Below are positions 1 through 13,273 of a stretch of DNA of 64,000 nucleotides, piece after piece (the first letter of the stretch is position 1; each line of letters opens with the position of its first letter). Made by a program: the position numbers and the translations under genes. The stretch spans positions 128,001 through 192,000 of the forward strand of contig CAVVXN010000003.1 in assembly GCA_963752285.1 (NCBI GenBank), read 5' to 3'. Under the pieces are notes generated by a model, which worked only from the letters and a program-made list of their open reading frames with translations, did not search any database and was not told the DNA's origin. The stretch is from an uncultured Planctomycetota bacterium. Lineage in GTDB: Bacteria; Planctomycetota; PLA2; JAEUHO01.

Positions 1-1
1 G

Positions 2-1972
<1,971 letters not shown>

Positions 1973-1996
1973 GACCGCGCGGTCGGGGGTCTCGGT

Positions 1997-2485
1997 CTAC
2001 GACTTCGGGGCAATACGCAGCCGGTTGTGGACGTCGCGCACTCCGACCACGTCGTCCGCCACCCGCTCGCAGCCCCGCTTCGTGAAGCGGTCGGGGACGG
2101 CCCCGGCCAGCGAGACCTCGCCGTCCCGGACCTCGACGGTCACCTCGCGCACGTCGAGCTCGCCGTGCTCGGTCAGGCGGTCGCAGACGTCCTCCAGGAT
2201 CCGGGCGTCGCTCCGGGCGTACCCGACCGGCCCCACGCCCGCGAAGGGGCCCTGGGACATGTGCCGGCCCCCCGACACGAAGCCGCCGCTGCCGGCCACG
2301 CGCGGGGAGATCGCGCCCGGGACCCACCCGTACGGGTCGAACGGCCCCACGGCCTCGCTCTCGCGCGGCGGCTGTCCCGGCACGTGCGGCCACCGCCCCT
2401 GGACCGGGTGCCCGGACACGCCGGGCGGCTCCTCGGGCACCTCCGCGTGACGGCGGCGGGCCTTCTGCTTCTTGCGCACGCCCAT
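1997..2485 (-). CDS. BON domain protein
   Basis: C-terminal GPVGYARSDARILEDVCDRL...VEVRDGEVSLAGAV...GVRDVHNRLRI is a typical BON domain; ATG at 2485 preceded by GAGGAGG. Confidence 0.75.
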   Translation of the reverse strand: MGVRKKQKARRRHAEVPEEPPGVSGHPVQGRWPHVPGQPPRESEAVGPFDPYGWVPGAISPRVAGSGGFVSGGRHMSQGPFAGVGPVGYARSDARILEDVCDRLTEHGELDVREVTVEVRDGEVSLAGAVPDRFTKRGCERVADDVVGVRDVHNRLRIAPKS

Positions 2486-2750
2486 GGCGAACCTCCTCGG
2501 GACCGCGCGGTCCAGGGTCCACGATACGACGCGCCGGCGGCCTCCCTTCCGGGCTGGCCGACCCGGGTGCGCACGCGCCGGGACGTCCGCTCCCCGAGCC
2601 CGGCGCCCGCGAGATCGAGCCGCGGTGGGCCGCGCTCGGGAATCACCTTTGCAGCGGGCGGCGTTACCGCTATCTGGCTGGCGTGCTCTTCCGCCGGCGC
2701 GGGCCGATGCCGCGTCCTCTCCGGCCGGGACCGGCGCGTTGGAGATCGGC

Positions 2751-3827
2751 ATGCGACGACACGAGATCGCGGTGCTCCCGGGCGACGGCATCGGGGAGGA
2801 GGTGGTCGCGCAGGCCCTCCGGGTGATGGACGCCGCGCTGGAGGGCGAGGACGTCCGGGTCGAGAGGACCGTCTACCCGCACGGGGCGGACCACTACCTC
2901 GCGACCGGCGAGGCCATGCCGGCGAGCGTCCTCGAAGAGATGGGGACGAAGGAGGCGATCCTCCTCGGCGCCATCGGCGACCCGCGGGTCGAGACCGGGC
3001 TCCTCGAGCGCGCGATCATCTGGGGCGTTCGGCAGCGCTTCGACCTCTACGTGAACCTGAGGCCGATCAAGCTCTACGCGGAGCACCTCTGCCCCCTGAA
3101 GGGCAAGACGCCGGACGACGTGGACATGGTCGTCATCCGGGAGAACACCGAGGACGCGTACGCGGGCCTCGGGGGGATCCTGCGCGAGGGCACGCCGTAC
3201 GAGGTCGCCACGGCCGTCATGATCTACACCCGCAACGGCGTGGAGCGCGTCATCCGCTACGCCTTCGAGACGGCGGCGGCGCGCAACAAGAACGGCGCGC
3301 CGAAGGTCACGCTGGTGGACAAGGCCAACGCGATCCGCGCCCAGGACATCTGGACCCGCGTGTTCGCCGAGGTCGCGTCGGAGTACCCGAAGGTCGAGAC
3401 CGACCACGCGTACATCGACGCGGCCTGCATGTGGATGGTCAAGAACCCCGAGTGGTTCGACGTGGTGGTCACTCCGAACCTCTTCGGCGACATCCTCACG
3501 GACCTCGGGGCGATGGTCCAGGGCGGCATGGGCATCGCCGCCTCGGGCAACATCCACCCCGGCCGCGTGAGCATGTTCGAGCCGATCCACGGCTCGGCGC
3601 CGAAGTACCGGGGCCAGAATTGCGCGAACCCGATCGCCACCATCGAGGCCGCGCGCATGCTGCTCGACCACCTCGGCGAGACGACCGCCGCCGGCCGCAT
3701 CGGCCGTGCGGTGCGACGCGTTCTCGAGACGGGCAAGATCCGGAGCCTCTCCGCGGGCGTCCACAAGACGGACGAGGTGGGCGACATCGTCCTCGCCGCG
3801 ATCGACGCGGAGGACGCGAAGGTCTGA
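2751..3827 (+). CDS. leuB: 3-isopropylmalate dehydrogenase (isocitrate/isopropylmalate dehydrogenase family)
   Basis: LPGDGIGEEV, YVNLRP, IRENTE, DKAN, NLFGDILTD, FEPIHGSAP; GGAG before ATG 2751; close to a LeuC/D-like gene. Confidence 0.8.
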   Translation: MRRHEIAVLPGDGIGEEVVAQALRVMDAALEGEDVRVERTVYPHGADHYLATGEAMPASVLEEMGTKEAILLGAIGDPRVETGLLERAIIWGVRQRFDLYVNLRPIKLYAEHLCPLKGKTPDDVDMVVIRENTEDAYAGLGGILREGTPYEVATAVMIYTRNGVERVIRYAFETAAARNKNGAPKVTLVDKANAIRAQDIWTRVFAEVASEYPKVETDHAYIDAACMWMVKNPEWFDVVVTPNLFGDILTDLGAMVQGGMGIAASGNIHPGRVSMFEPIHGSAPKYRGQNCANPIATIEAARMLLDHLGETTAAGRIGRAVRRVLETGKIRSLSAGVHKTDEVGDIVLAAIDAEDAKV

Positions 3828-4037
3828 CGCGCGACCCCGACGCGCGTCGCGCACACGGGAGACGCCGCGCCGCGGGCGATCCGCATCGCCCGAGAGGCGG
3901 TACGGCGGGAGAGCCCGATGCGCGGCCCCGCGCGCGCCCGGCCCGGCGCTCCGCCACGGTGCACGGCGATGCGGACCCCGCGCGCCGGGGACCGCCCCGG
4001 GCTCGTCGCCGCGCGCCCGTCTGGGTAGCCTGGGTCG

Positions 4038-4985
4038 ATGTTCATCCCCCTCGGTGACGCGCCGAACGACTCGGACCGCGCGCCGTGGGTGAACCACGGC
4101 CTGATCGCCGTGAACGTGCTCGTCTACGTCTGGGCGCTCTTCTCGCTCGGCGGGGACGCCGGCTACGCGCGCTGGGTGCGGAACTGGGGCTTCGTGCCCC
4201 TCGCGCCGCGGCTCGAGACCTTCTTCACGCACATGTTCATGCACGGCGGGTTCTGGCACCTCGCCGGCAACATGCTGTTCCTGTGGGTCTTCGGCGACAA
4301 CGTCGAACGCCGCCTCGGGCACGCGGGCTACCTGCTCTTCTACCTCGCGAGCGGCCTCGCCGCCGTCCTGCTGTTCCGGGCGTTCGACCCGTCGAGCACG
4401 GTGCCGCTGGTCGGGGCGTCGGGCGCGATCTTCGGCGTCGAGGGGTTCTACTTCCTCGCCTTCCCGCGGAACCAGGTGCGGGTGCTCGTCTGGATCTTCT
4501 TCGTCTTCACGTTCTGGGTGCCCGCGCGGATCGTCCTCGGGTTCTCGTTCCTGACGAACCTTCTCCTCACGCTCTCGCCCAGCGCGAGCGGGTCGGCCGG
4601 CGGCGGCGTGGCGTACGCCGCGCACGTCGGGGGGTTCGTCGCGGGGCTCGCGATGGCCGCCGCCATCCGCCTCGCGACGCCGCGCGCCGATCGGGTCGCG
4701 GTGCCCGTCCCAAGCGGCCGCGGCGCCGCGTCGATCGAGACCGCGCGCCGGCTCCTGACCGAGGGGCGCATGGGCGAGGCGGAGCCCATCCTCCTCGACG
4801 TGCTCCGGAACCGGGTCCACGAGCCCGAAGCGCCCGAGGCGGCCCTCCTCCTGGGCCTGCTGCTGTCGCGCATCCGCGGTCGCCCGGAGGCCGCGCGCGG
4901 ACCGCTCCGGTTCGCCGCCCGGCTTCACCCCGACCCGCGGGCGCGCGCCGAGGCGCGCGCGGAGCTCGATCGCATCGGGGGGTAA
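4038..4985 (+). CDS. Rhomboid intramembrane serine protease with helical (TPR-like) C-terminal tail
   Basis: HMFMHGGFWHLAGNMLFLWVFGDNVE, catalytic GASG and AHVGGF motifs, multiple hydrophobic segments. Confidence 0.9.
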   Translation: MFIPLGDAPNDSDRAPWVNHGLIAVNVLVYVWALFSLGGDAGYARWVRNWGFVPLAPRLETFFTHMFMHGGFWHLAGNMLFLWVFGDNVERRLGHAGYLLFYLASGLAAVLLFRAFDPSSTVPLVGASGAIFGVEGFYFLAFPRNQVRVLVWIFFVFTFWVPARIVLGFSFLTNLLLTLSPSASGSAGGGVAYAAHVGGFVAGLAMAAAIRLATPRADRVAVPVPSGRGAASIETARRLLTEGRMGEAEPILLDVLRNRVHEPEAPEAALLLGLLLSRIRGRPEAARGPLRFAARLHPDPRARAEARAELDRIGG

Positions 4986-5005
4986 CGGCGGCGCGCCCGC
5001 GCGCG

Positions 5006-6226
5006 TCAGCGCAGCGCGGGGACCGTCGAGCCGTCGAGCGAGCCGAGGAACGCGGCCACGCGGCGCACGCCGCTCCGGATGTTCTCCTCGGAGCACGCGT
5101 AGGAGAAGCGGATCGCGTACGGCGCCTCGAACACGTGGCCCGGAACGACCGCGGCGTGGGCGTGCTCGATCAGCATCTCCGCGAGCGTGGCGACCGAGTC
5201 GACGGGGCGCCCCTCGTGACGGCGTCCGAGGTACGCGGAGACGTCGGGCAGCAAGTAGAAGGCTCCGTCCGGGACGCCGCACTCGAGCCCCTCGATCGCC
5301 GAGAGCTCCTCGACCATCGCGTCGCGACGCCGCGCGAAGGTCCGGCGCATGTCCTCGATCCGGTCGGTCGGTCCCTCCAGCGCGGCCACCGCGGCGAGCT
5401 GGCAGAACTCGGGCGTACCGCTCGTCGCGTGGCTCTGCAGCTGCGTCATCCGCTCGATGAGCTCTTTCGGCCCCGCGCCGTAGCCGATGCGCCATCCGGT
5501 CATCGCGAAGGCCTTGGACACGCCGTTCACGAGCAGCGTCAGCTCGCGGGCCTCGGGGGCGAGGGTCGCGAACGACCGGAACCGGGCGGGCTCGTACACC
5601 AGGTGCTCGTAGATCTCGTCGCTCAGGACCACCACCCCGTGCCTCGCCGCGATGCGGCCGATCTCGGCCTGCACGTCGTCGGGCTGCACGGCCCCGGTGG
5701 GATTGCCCGGAGAGTTGAGCACCAGGGCCTTCGTGCGCGGCGTCATCGCGGCCTCGATGCGCCCCGGGTCGATCGCGTACCCGTCTTCGGGCCGGGTCTC
5801 GACGAAGACCGCGCGGCCGCCGGCCGCGTGCACCATGGAGGGGTACGAGAGCCACGCCGGGACGGGGATCACGACCTCGTCGCCCCGGGAGACCAGCACC
5901 TGGAGCGCCAGGTAGAGCACGCCCTTGGCGCCGGGCCCGACGAGGGTCCGCTCGGCCGTCACGCCGACGAGCCCCGCGGCGTGGGAGCGCGCGGCGACGA
6001 CCTCGCGGAGCGGCGCGATCCCCGGGGCGGGCGTGTACTTGGTCCGCCCCTCGCGCAGCGCGCGGATCGCCGCCTCCTTCACGTGCTCCGGCGTGTCGAA
6101 GTCGGGCTCTCCCGCCGCGAAGGGGGCCACGTCGATGCCCTGCGCCCGCATCGCCTTGGCCCGCGCGGATATGGCCAGCGTCTCGGAGGCGGGCAAGGAC
6201 CCCGCGTACTCGGAGAAGGACAGCAT
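5006..6226 (-). CDS. PLP-dependent class I aminotransferase (aspartate aminotransferase type)
   Basis: GEPDFDTP, NSPGNPTG, SDEIYE, PLP-lysine motif SKAFAMTGWRIG. Confidence 0.92.
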   Translation of the reverse strand: MLSFSEYAGSLPASETLAISARAKAMRAQGIDVAPFAAGEPDFDTPEHVKEAAIRALREGRTKYTPAPGIAPLREVVAARSHAAGLVGVTAERTLVGPGAKGVLYLALQVLVSRGDEVVIPVPAWLSYPSMVHAAGGRAVFVETRPEDGYAIDPGRIEAAMTPRTKALVLNSPGNPTGAVQPDDVQAEIGRIAARHGVVVLSDEIYEHLVYEPARFRSFATLAPEARELTLLVNGVSKAFAMTGWRIGYGAGPKELIERMTQLQSHATSGTPEFCQLAAVAALEGPTDRIEDMRRTFARRRDAMVEELSAIEGLECGVPDGAFYLLPDVSAYLGRRHEGRPVDSVATLAEMLIEHAHAAVVPGHVFEAPYAIRFSYACSEENIRSGVRRVAAFLGSLDGSTVPALR

Positions 6227-6376
6227 GGTCCGAGGCTACCAAGGGAGTCGTTGGGACGCCACGCGCGGCGCACGTCGTCCAACGCTCGAACACCCCTCCC
6301 GGGAGGCCCGGCACCTCGCTACCCTGAGCGGCGCGCGGCCCACCTCCGCCCGCGCGCACACGATCCGGAGCCCGCC

Positions 6377-8509
6377 TTGCCCCGCCGCCTTCGACGAGTC
6401 CTCCTCCGCACCGGTCTCGTTGTCCTCGTCCTGGCGCTCGTCGGGCTCGTCGTCTTCTCGTGGATCGCCTACTGGCCTCTCGAGAGCCGCGTGGACCGAG
6501 TCGCCGCGCTGGTCCCCGGGGGCGTGGACTTCGTCATGCGGGCCTCGTGGCGGGGGCTCGAGGACACGGGGTGGATCCAGACGAACGTCCTCGACCACCC
6601 CCTCGTCTCCGAGCTCCGGGAGGGCGTGGTCGAGCTCAAGCGACAGCTGAAGCAGCTTCCCGAGATGGAGGCGCAGATCAACGCCCAGATCCCCCTGGGG
6701 ATCACGCACTTCTCCTTCGAGCAGGACGTCGTCCCCGACGAGATCGTCGCCGCCGGCCGCTGGTGCAGCGACGTCCGGCCGCCCCAGCCGCCCACGTGGT
6801 ACGAGATCCTCGTGCTGACGCGGGTGTCGTGGAAGACCCGCACGGCGGTCGCGGCGCTCCGCCACGGCTTCGTGCGCAACATGATGTCGCGCGACGTCAC
6901 GATCGACGACCTCGGCGACGGCGTGCTCCGGGTCACGGTCCACACGCTCCGCGTGTCGCCGCCCGCGATGCGCCGGTGCGGTGCCGGCCAGGAACGCGGT
7001 CCGGAGAACGTCTGGTACCTGACGCGGGTCCGGGACGTCCTCGCCGTCTCGAACGCGGAGAGCCTGATCCGTGGCGTCGTGGACCTCGCGGAGTTCCCCG
7101 GGAGCGGGCGGGCCTACGTGGACCGCCCGAACATCGACCTCGACCTCCGGCCCGGCGCGATCAGCGCGTCTTCCGACCTGAAGCCCCTGCAGGCGTACTT
7201 CTCCGACCTCCTGGGCGGCGCGGGGCCGCACGGCGGCGGCATCGACCCGCACGGGAGGTCCGGGCCCGCCGCGCCGACTGGGTCGCCCCTCGCGATCCTC
7301 TCGCGTTACGTGGCCCCGGCGTCCCTCGACCGCATGAACGGCGTGCTCTCGCTCCCGAGCACGGACCAGGTCCGCGGGCACGCCGAGATCCGCTACGTGG
7401 AGGACCGCCTCGCCCACGGCATGGAGGAGGTGTACCGGCTTCAGCCCGCGCCCACGCGGTCGGGCATCTCGAAGCTCGTCCCCGCCGCCGACACCTTCGG
7501 CGCGCTCCTCCTGAGGACGCCTCCCCTCCATCTGCTCCGCGGCATCAGCCAGGACGTGCTGAGCCCCTCGGAGCGGCAGCTCTGGGCGGACAACGCGCGC
7601 CGCCTCGGCTACCCCGACCTGGACGTCGTGCTCTCGGAATTCGCCGCGAAGCTTGACGACACGGCGGGCATCGCGATGGCCCGCATCTCCGACGTGTACG
7701 ACCACATGGACTACGACAAGTTCTTCCCGTCTCCGGGCGAGGGCTTCCACGATCCCAACCTCCCGGCGATCGCGATGATGGTCCGGCTGCGGCAGGACAC
7801 CTCGCCCGAGGAGTTCGACGCGTACCTGTCGAAGCGCGTCCCGCTCTTCGGTCTGAAGCCGGAGGTCGAGAAGGTCGAGTACAAGGGCCTCACGTACTCG
7901 CGTGGGCACCTCGAGGTGGAGGCCGCCGACTTCGCGGACATCTCGCCCGCCTGGATCCTCGCCCAGAACCACTTCATCTTCTCGAACAACGAGTCGTACT
8001 TCCGGAAGATCCTCGACACGCTCGTGGACCCGAAGGCCGCGCCGCCGCTCGCCGACGACCCCACGTTCCGCGCGGCCATGGACCAGCTTCCCGACGAGGT
8101 CCACGTCGCGCTCTACCTGAACCTCGCCCGCCTGTTCCAGGTCCCGCCCTCGTCCGCGCCGGGCGGGGAGCCCCGCGGCTTCCTCTGGGACCGACGGAAC
8201 CTCTGGGTCAACGCGAACCGGAACGAGTACGAGCCCGTGAAGCAGTTCGGCATCCAGCTCGGGAAGGAGCTCCAGGAGCGGAGCGGACGCCCGCTCACCG
8301 ACCAGCAGCTCGACGAGATCGACCGCCAAAAGGAGGCGTTCGCCAAGCAGTACGAGGGGCGCTACCCGGAGTTCATCGAGGAGCGGCGCCAGGAGCTCCT
8401 CGGGTACGGGCGGCTCCGGGCCCTCGGCGTGAGCTTCGTCGCGCGCCAGGAGACCCTGTACGCGGACCTCGGCCTCCTGCTCTCCCCCCCGCTCGGCGGC
8501 CTGAGATGA
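6377..8509 (+). CDS. Large membrane-anchored hypothetical protein (DUF3352-like)
   Basis: Protein-like composition and GC3 bias in the distal part of the 4085..8509 ORF; basic residues then a TM helix at the TTG start (start uncertain). Confidence 0.7.
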   Translation: MPRRLRRVLLRTGLVVLVLALVGLVVFSWIAYWPLESRVDRVAALVPGGVDFVMRASWRGLEDTGWIQTNVLDHPLVSELREGVVELKRQLKQLPEMEAQINAQIPLGITHFSFEQDVVPDEIVAAGRWCSDVRPPQPPTWYEILVLTRVSWKTRTAVAALRHGFVRNMMSRDVTIDDLGDGVLRVTVHTLRVSPPAMRRCGAGQERGPENVWYLTRVRDVLAVSNAESLIRGVVDLAEFPGSGRAYVDRPNIDLDLRPGAISASSDLKPLQAYFSDLLGGAGPHGGGIDPHGRSGPAAPTGSPLAILSRYVAPASLDRMNGVLSLPSTDQVRGHAEIRYVEDRLAHGMEEVYRLQPAPTRSGISKLVPAADTFGALLLRTPPLHLLRGISQDVLSPSERQLWADNARRLGYPDLDVVLSEFAAKLDDTAGIAMARISDVYDHMDYDKFFPSPGEGFHDPNLPAIAMMVRLRQDTSPEEFDAYLSKRVPLFGLKPEVEKVEYKGLTYSRGHLEVEAADFADISPAWILAQNHFIFSNNESYFRKILDTLVDPKAAPPLADDPTFRAAMDQLPDEVHVALYLNLARLFQVPPSSAPGGEPRGFLWDRRNLWVNANRNEYEPVKQFGIQLGKELQERSGRPLTDQQLDEIDRQKEAFAKQYEGRYPEFIEERRQELLGYGRLRALGVSFVARQETLYADLGLLLSPPLGGLR

Positions 8510-8600
8510 GCGGGCGCCGCGGACGGCGGACGCCCGCCCCGGGCGGCGCTCCGGCCGGGGCGCGCGGGCCCGGCGCCGCGCTCCCGGCGGCCGGGTCGTC

Positions 8601-8628
8601 TTGACACGGACGGCCTCGGGACTACGCT
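8601..8628 (+). promoter_or_regulatory. Putative sigma70 promoter of tRNA-Leu
   Basis: Perfect TTGACA (8601-8606), 16-bp spacer, TACGCT (8623-8628), 11 bp upstream of the tRNA. Confidence 0.6.
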
Positions 8629-8639
8629 TCCGGCCCGTC

Positions 8640-8728
<89 letters not shown>

Positions 8729-8988
8729 TCGCCATGGGGCTTTTGCCCGGCCCCCGGGCGCCGCGCTCGCCCCGGGCCGTACACGTGGGGAGCCCCCGGG
8801 GGCGGTATCTTGGGCCGGTCGCCCAGGGGGGCGCGCGACCGGGAGGTGGCGGACGCCGAGAGCGGGTTTCGCACCGGTCCGGGCTCCAGAGGGCGGGCGG
8901 ACGGGCCGATCTTCCAGCACGAAGCGACCCCGGCCCCCGGCCAGGGCACGCGACCTCCATCGATGGCTGTTTCCCGGGAGGAGGATCC

Positions 8989-9963
8989 ATGGGTATCCGG
9001 AGATGTACGTTCCTCGCGACGGGCCTCGTCGTCGGGCTTGCGCTCGCCGCCTGCACGTCGTCGGGCGCCTGCAGCACCTGCGCCGCGCCCGTGCCGCAGC
9101 CGGCGCCGTTAAGCACCCCCTGCGCCGTGCCGGCTCAGACGCCGTGCGCGGTCCAGCCGACCGACGCGCCCCGGCCGCCGAACGCCCAGCCCGGCGAGGT
9201 CTGGTGCTACGTGCGCGTCCCGGCGGTCACGCGGACCGTCGAGGAGCCCGTCTGCATCCAGCCCGCCACCTGCCGGCAGGAGTGGGTTCCGCCGGTCACC
9301 GAGAACGTCGACGAGCAGGTGTGCGTCCAGCCCGAGCAGGTGGTGAAGCACCCCGTTGCCGCCCAGTACCAGACCGTCTGCGAGCAGGTCCTGACCTGCC
9401 CGGGACGCGCTGAGTGGCGCCGGGTCAACTGCGAGCCGAAGAGCCTCGGCGAGGGCGAGCAGCTCGGCGAGTGCTGGAGCCTCGTGGAGGTGCCGCCGGT
9501 CTACGAGCAGCGGTCGCACCAGGTCTGCGTGACGCCGGAGTCGTGCACCGAGGAGGTCATCCCGGCGCGCTACGAGACCCGGACCCACGAGGTCGTGAAG
9601 GAGGCGGGGTACTGGAAGGACGTGCAGGTGCCCGCCGTCTACGACACGCGCTGCCGCGAGGAGCAGGTGTGCCCCGCGCGCTGGGAGTGGCGCCGCACGA
9701 CCGAGTGCGAGGTGCCGGGCGTGACCGGGTCTTCCCAGCCCGCCGCGGCGCCCCTGGCTTCCCCGGACGGCGGCCCGGCGCCGAGCGACATGCAGGGCCC
9801 GAGCCCGGATCTCCCGCCGACCGGGACCCTCCCGCCGGCCGAGACCGCTCCGAGCGACGACATGGGGCCGCCGCCGGCCGAGGCGCCTGTGTCCCCCGAC
9901 GACGCCGCGCCGGGCGCGACCGAGACGCTGCCGCCCGCGGACCCGTTCGCGCCTACGCGCTGA
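8989..9963 (+). CDS. Cys/Pro/Val-rich repeat lipoprotein
   Basis: GGAGGAGG RBS, lipobox LAAC, six ~23-aa [VI]Pxx[YT] repeats, 19 Cys, Pro/Asp-rich tail. Confidence 0.8.
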   Translation: MGIRRCTFLATGLVVGLALAACTSSGACSTCAAPVPQPAPLSTPCAVPAQTPCAVQPTDAPRPPNAQPGEVWCYVRVPAVTRTVEEPVCIQPATCRQEWVPPVTENVDEQVCVQPEQVVKHPVAAQYQTVCEQVLTCPGRAEWRRVNCEPKSLGEGEQLGECWSLVEVPPVYEQRSHQVCVTPESCTEEVIPARYETRTHEVVKEAGYWKDVQVPAVYDTRCREEQVCPARWEWRRTTECEVPGVTGSSQPAAAPLASPDGGPAPSDMQGPSPDLPPTGTLPPAETAPSDDMGPPPAEAPVSPDDAAPGATETLPPADPFAPTR

Positions 9964-10011
9964 CGGTCCGGACGCGACCCGCCGGCCCCGACGCGGACCG
10001 GCTCCCATCGG

Positions 10012-10035
10012 ACGGGCCCCGAACGCGGGGCCCGT
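10012..10035 (+). terminator. Possible terminator hairpin after the Cys-rich lipoprotein gene
   Basis: ACGGGCCCC-gaacgc-GGGGCCCGT 9-bp stem, only a weak T tract follows. Confidence 0.4.
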
Positions 10036-10123
10036 TCGCGTTGCTACGCTCCGCCTCGCGCGCCGCCCCGGGCCTCGCCGAGCGCGGACCGGGGCGGGGA
10101 GGCGCGGGGAGCGGAACGGGGCC

Positions 10124-12478
10124 GTGCGATCGAACCACCTGGCCGGGGCCCGGAGCCCCTACCTCGCGCAGCACGCCGGGAACCCGGTGGACTGGTTCCC
10201 GTGGGGCGCCGACGCCTTTCGGCGGGCGCGTGCGCTCGACCGGCCCGTGCTCCTCTCGGTGGGCTACGCCGCGTGCCACTGGTGCCACGTCATGGCGCAC
10301 GAGTCCTTCGAGGACGAGGCGACGGCCCGGCTCCTCGACGAGACGTTCGTGTGCGTGAAGGTGGACCGCGAGGAGCGGCCCGACGTGGACGCGCTCTACA
10401 TGGAGGCCGTCCACGTCCTGTCGGGCCGGGGCGGCTGGCCGATGACCGTCCTCCTGACGCCCGAGGGCGCGCCGTTCTGGGCGGGGACCTACCTCCCGCG
10501 GGCGCACCTCCAGCAGCTCGCGGAGCAGGTCGGCGTCCTCTGGCAGACGGACGCGGAACGGCTCCGCGCCAAGGCCGGTCAGGTGGCGGAGCGCGTCCGG
10601 GACCTGACGGCGGGCCTCGCCTACGCGGAGCCGTTCACCGGCTCCGACACCGACCTCCTCGGCGTCCTCGACGCGGCGCTCTCCGAGGCGTTCGACGAGC
10701 GCCGCGGGGGGTACGGCGGCCGGCCCCGCTTCCCTCCCCACGCCGAGCTCCTCTACCTCCTCGACCGGGCCGAGCGACCCGGGGGCGCGGCGCGGGCCGA
10801 CGAAGCGCGGACCACGCTCCTCGCGATGGCGGACGGCGGGATCCACGACCACCTCGCCGGCGGCTTCCACCGGTACAGCACGGACGCGGACTGGCTCCTG
10901 CCGCACTTCGAGAAGATGCTCTACGACAACGCCCTCCTCACGCAGGCGTACGCGCGCGCGGCCGGGGTCCTCGGCGAGGCCCGGTTCGCCGAGGTCGCCC
11001 AGGGGATCCTCGCCTGGGTGCGCCGCGAGATGTCCGTTCCCGGCGGGGGCTTCGCGTCGAGCCTCGACGCGGACACCGAGGGCGAGGAGGGGCGCACGTA
11101 CACGTGGAGCCTCGCCGAGGTCGAGGCGGCGCTCCCGGCGGCGGACGTGGCGCTCGCCGTCCGCGCGTACGGCGTCCTGCCGGACGGGAACTTCCGGGAA
11201 GAGGCGACCGGTCGCCGCACGGGCCAGAACGTCCTCTACCGTCCGGAGCGTCTCCCGGACCTGGCCCGCGCGCTCGGCTGTCCCCCCGCCGAGGTCGCGG
11301 ACCGGCTCGCCGGCGTCCGGGCACGCCTGCTCGCGGCGCGCGCGAGGAGGCCGCGCCCCGGCCGCGACGACAAGGTGCTGACGGCCTGGAACGGGCTCCT
11401 CCTCTCCGCGTTCGCGACCGTCGGGGCGCGGCTCGGCGACGCCGAGGCGCTGGACGACGGCCGCCGGCTCGCCCGTGCCCTCCTCGACGGCTCGCGTCGG
11501 GGCGACGGGACGGTGCTCCGCTTCCCGCGCGGCAGCGGCCCGGAGATCCCCGGCTTCGCCGACGACCACGTGCACCTCGCCGAAGGCCTCCTCGACCTCT
11601 CGGACGCCACCGGCGACCCGACCTGGGCCGCGACCGCGCGCGACGTCGCCGAGCGACTCCGGCGGGGCTTCGAGGATCCCGACGCCGGCGGGTTCTTCAC
11701 GACCTCGGCGCTCGACCACGAGACGCTCTTCGCGCGGAGGAAGGAGTCGTTCGACGGCCCCATCCCCTCCGAGAACGGGACCGCCGCCCGTGTGTTCCTC
11801 CGTCTCTTCGCCCGGACGGGAGAGACGGCGTACCGGCACGCCGCCGACCGGGCGCTCGCCCTGTGGCGCCCCCTGATGGCGAACCCGCGGGCCGCCCGCG
11901 GGATGGCCGCGCTCCACCGCGCCCTCGCGACGCGGGTGGCGCTCGACGAGGCGACCGGCGCCGCGCCCGCGTCCGGCGACGCCACGGCGCGCGCCGAGGG
12001 CGTGCAGGTGGACGCGTTCCTCGAGCGGGCCGAGACCCGCCCCGGCGGGACGGTGCGCCTCGCGTTGCGCGTCCTCCTCGACCCGGGATGGCACGCCGCG
12101 GACCGTCCCGGCGGAGGCGGTCCCGTCGCGGTCGCGCTGGCCGAGGGCGCGCCCGTCGGCCTCGCCGACGTCCGGGTCGAGGGGGCCGGGGACGGGGCGC
12201 CGCGATCCCCGGACCGTGCGGAGGGCGCCCTCTGGGTCCGGGCGCGTCTCGACGTCCCGCTCGACGCGTCGCGCGGGCCCCGGCGGGTGCCGCTGGTCGT
12301 GCGCGTCCAGCCGTGCAGCGAGACGGCGTGTCTCGAGGACGCGGCGCTGTCACTCTCCGTGCCGCTCCGGTTCGGCGCGGAAGACGGACCCGCACGGCAC
12401 CCCCGGGCGTTTCGATCGAGCGCGCCGGAGGGGGACGCTCCCGTCGCGGAGGAGTCGTCGCCCGGTCCGGGCGCGTAG
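10124..12478 (+). CDS. YyaL/SSP411 (DUF255) thioredoxin-domain protein with C-terminal DsbD-N-like domain
   Basis: [63 protein letters not shown]; tail QPCSETACL. Confidence 0.9.
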   Translation: MRSNHLAGARSPYLAQHAGNPVDWFPWGADAFRRARALDRPVLLSVGYAACHWCHVMAHESFEDEATARLLDETFVCVKVDREERPDVDALYMEAVHVLSGRGGWPMTVLLTPEGAPFWAGTYLPRAHLQQLAEQVGVLWQTDAERLRAKAGQVAERVRDLTAGLAYAEPFTGSDTDLLGVLDAALSEAFDERRGGYGGRPRFPPHAELLYLLDRAERPGGAARADEARTTLLAMADGGIHDHLAGGFHRYSTDADWLLPHFEKMLYDNALLTQAYARAAGVLGEARFAEVAQGILAWVRREMSVPGGGFASSLDADTEGEEGRTYTWSLAEVEAALPAADVALAVRAYGVLPDGNFREEATGRRTGQNVLYRPERLPDLARALGCPPAEVADRLAGVRARLLAARARRPRPGRDDKVLTAWNGLLLSAFATVGARLGDAEALDDGRRLARALLDGSRRGDGTVLRFPRGSGPEIPGFADDHVHLAEGLLDLSDATGDPTWAATARDVAERLRRGFEDPDAGGFFTTSALDHETLFARRKESFDGPIPSENGTAARVFLRLFARTGETAYRHAADRALALWRPLMANPRAARGMAALHRALATRVALDEATGAAPASGDATARAEGVQVDAFLERAETRPGGTVRLALRVLLDPGWHAADRPGGGGPVAVALAEGAPVGLADVRVEGAGDGAPRSPDRAEGALWVRARLDVPLDASRGPRRVPLVVRVQPCSETACLEDAALSLSVPLRFGAEDGPARHPRAFRSSAPEGDAPVAEESSPGPGA

Positions 12479-12503
12479 GGTGGGCCGCCGCGAGGGAGAG
12501 GCC

Positions 12504-12917
12504 ATGTCGGAAGCCGATCAGGTCGTCCGTGTGCGGCTCGAGGGCGGGTTCTACACGGAGGGCCTCTCGGGCCCCCACGTGGTCGCCATGGACGAGCCGG
12601 AGTCGGTCGGCGGGACGTTCCGGGGCCCGACGCCGATGCGGATGCTGCTCCTCGCGCTGGGCGGCTGCTCGGCGATCACGCTCCGCCTGTACGCGTCGCG
12701 GAAGGGCTGGGACCTCCGGTCGGTGGACGTCGCCGTGACGCTCACGCCCGCCCGCGGGAAGGAGCCCGCGCGTCTGGAGCAGGAGCTCACCCTCGACGGC
12801 GACCTCGACGACGAGCAGCGTGCCCGACTCCTCGAGATCGCGGGTCGGTGCCCCGTGCACAAGCTGCTGGAGGGGCCGGTCGTGACGGACGAGCGTCTGG
12901 CGCGAGGTCCCGGATGA
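12504..12917 (+). CDS. OsmC family protein
   Basis: [27 protein letters not shown] two-Cys pattern. Confidence 0.88.
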   Translation: MSEADQVVRVRLEGGFYTEGLSGPHVVAMDEPESVGGTFRGPTPMRMLLLALGGCSAITLRLYASRKGWDLRSVDVAVTLTPARGKEPARLEQELTLDGDLDDEQRARLLEIAGRCPVHKLLEGPVVTDERLARGPG

Positions 12918-13273
12918 CCGAGCCCCTCGCGACGTTCGACAACCCGGCCCCGGACCGCGACTACGAGATCGTCCACACGGCGCACGAGTTCACGTCGCTC
13001 TGCCCGAAGACGGGCCAGCCCGACTTCGCGCGACTGGTGCTGACGTACGTTCCGGACCGCACGTGCGTCGAGCTGAGGAGCCTGAAGCTCTACCTCCAGT
13101 CCTACCGCTCGCGGGGCGTCTTCTACGAGGCGCTGGTGAACGAGATCCTCGGTGACCTCGTGCGCGCGCTCTCGCCGCGGCGGCTGGAGGTGCGCGGGGA
13201 GTTCACGGTGCGAGGCGGCATCTCGAGCGTCGTCGTCGCGCGGCACCCCGACGCCGGGGGGAGGACCGGGTGA
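12914..13273 (+). CDS. queF: NADPH-dependent 7-cyano-7-deazaguanine reductase (preQ1 synthase, type I)
   Basis: [31 protein letters not shown] overlap with osmC. Confidence 0.93.
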   Translation: MTEPLATFDNPAPDRDYEIVHTAHEFTSLCPKTGQPDFARLVLTYVPDRTCVELRSLKLYLQSYRSRGVFYEALVNEILGDLVRALSPRRLEVRGEFTVRGGISSVVVARHPDAGGRTG

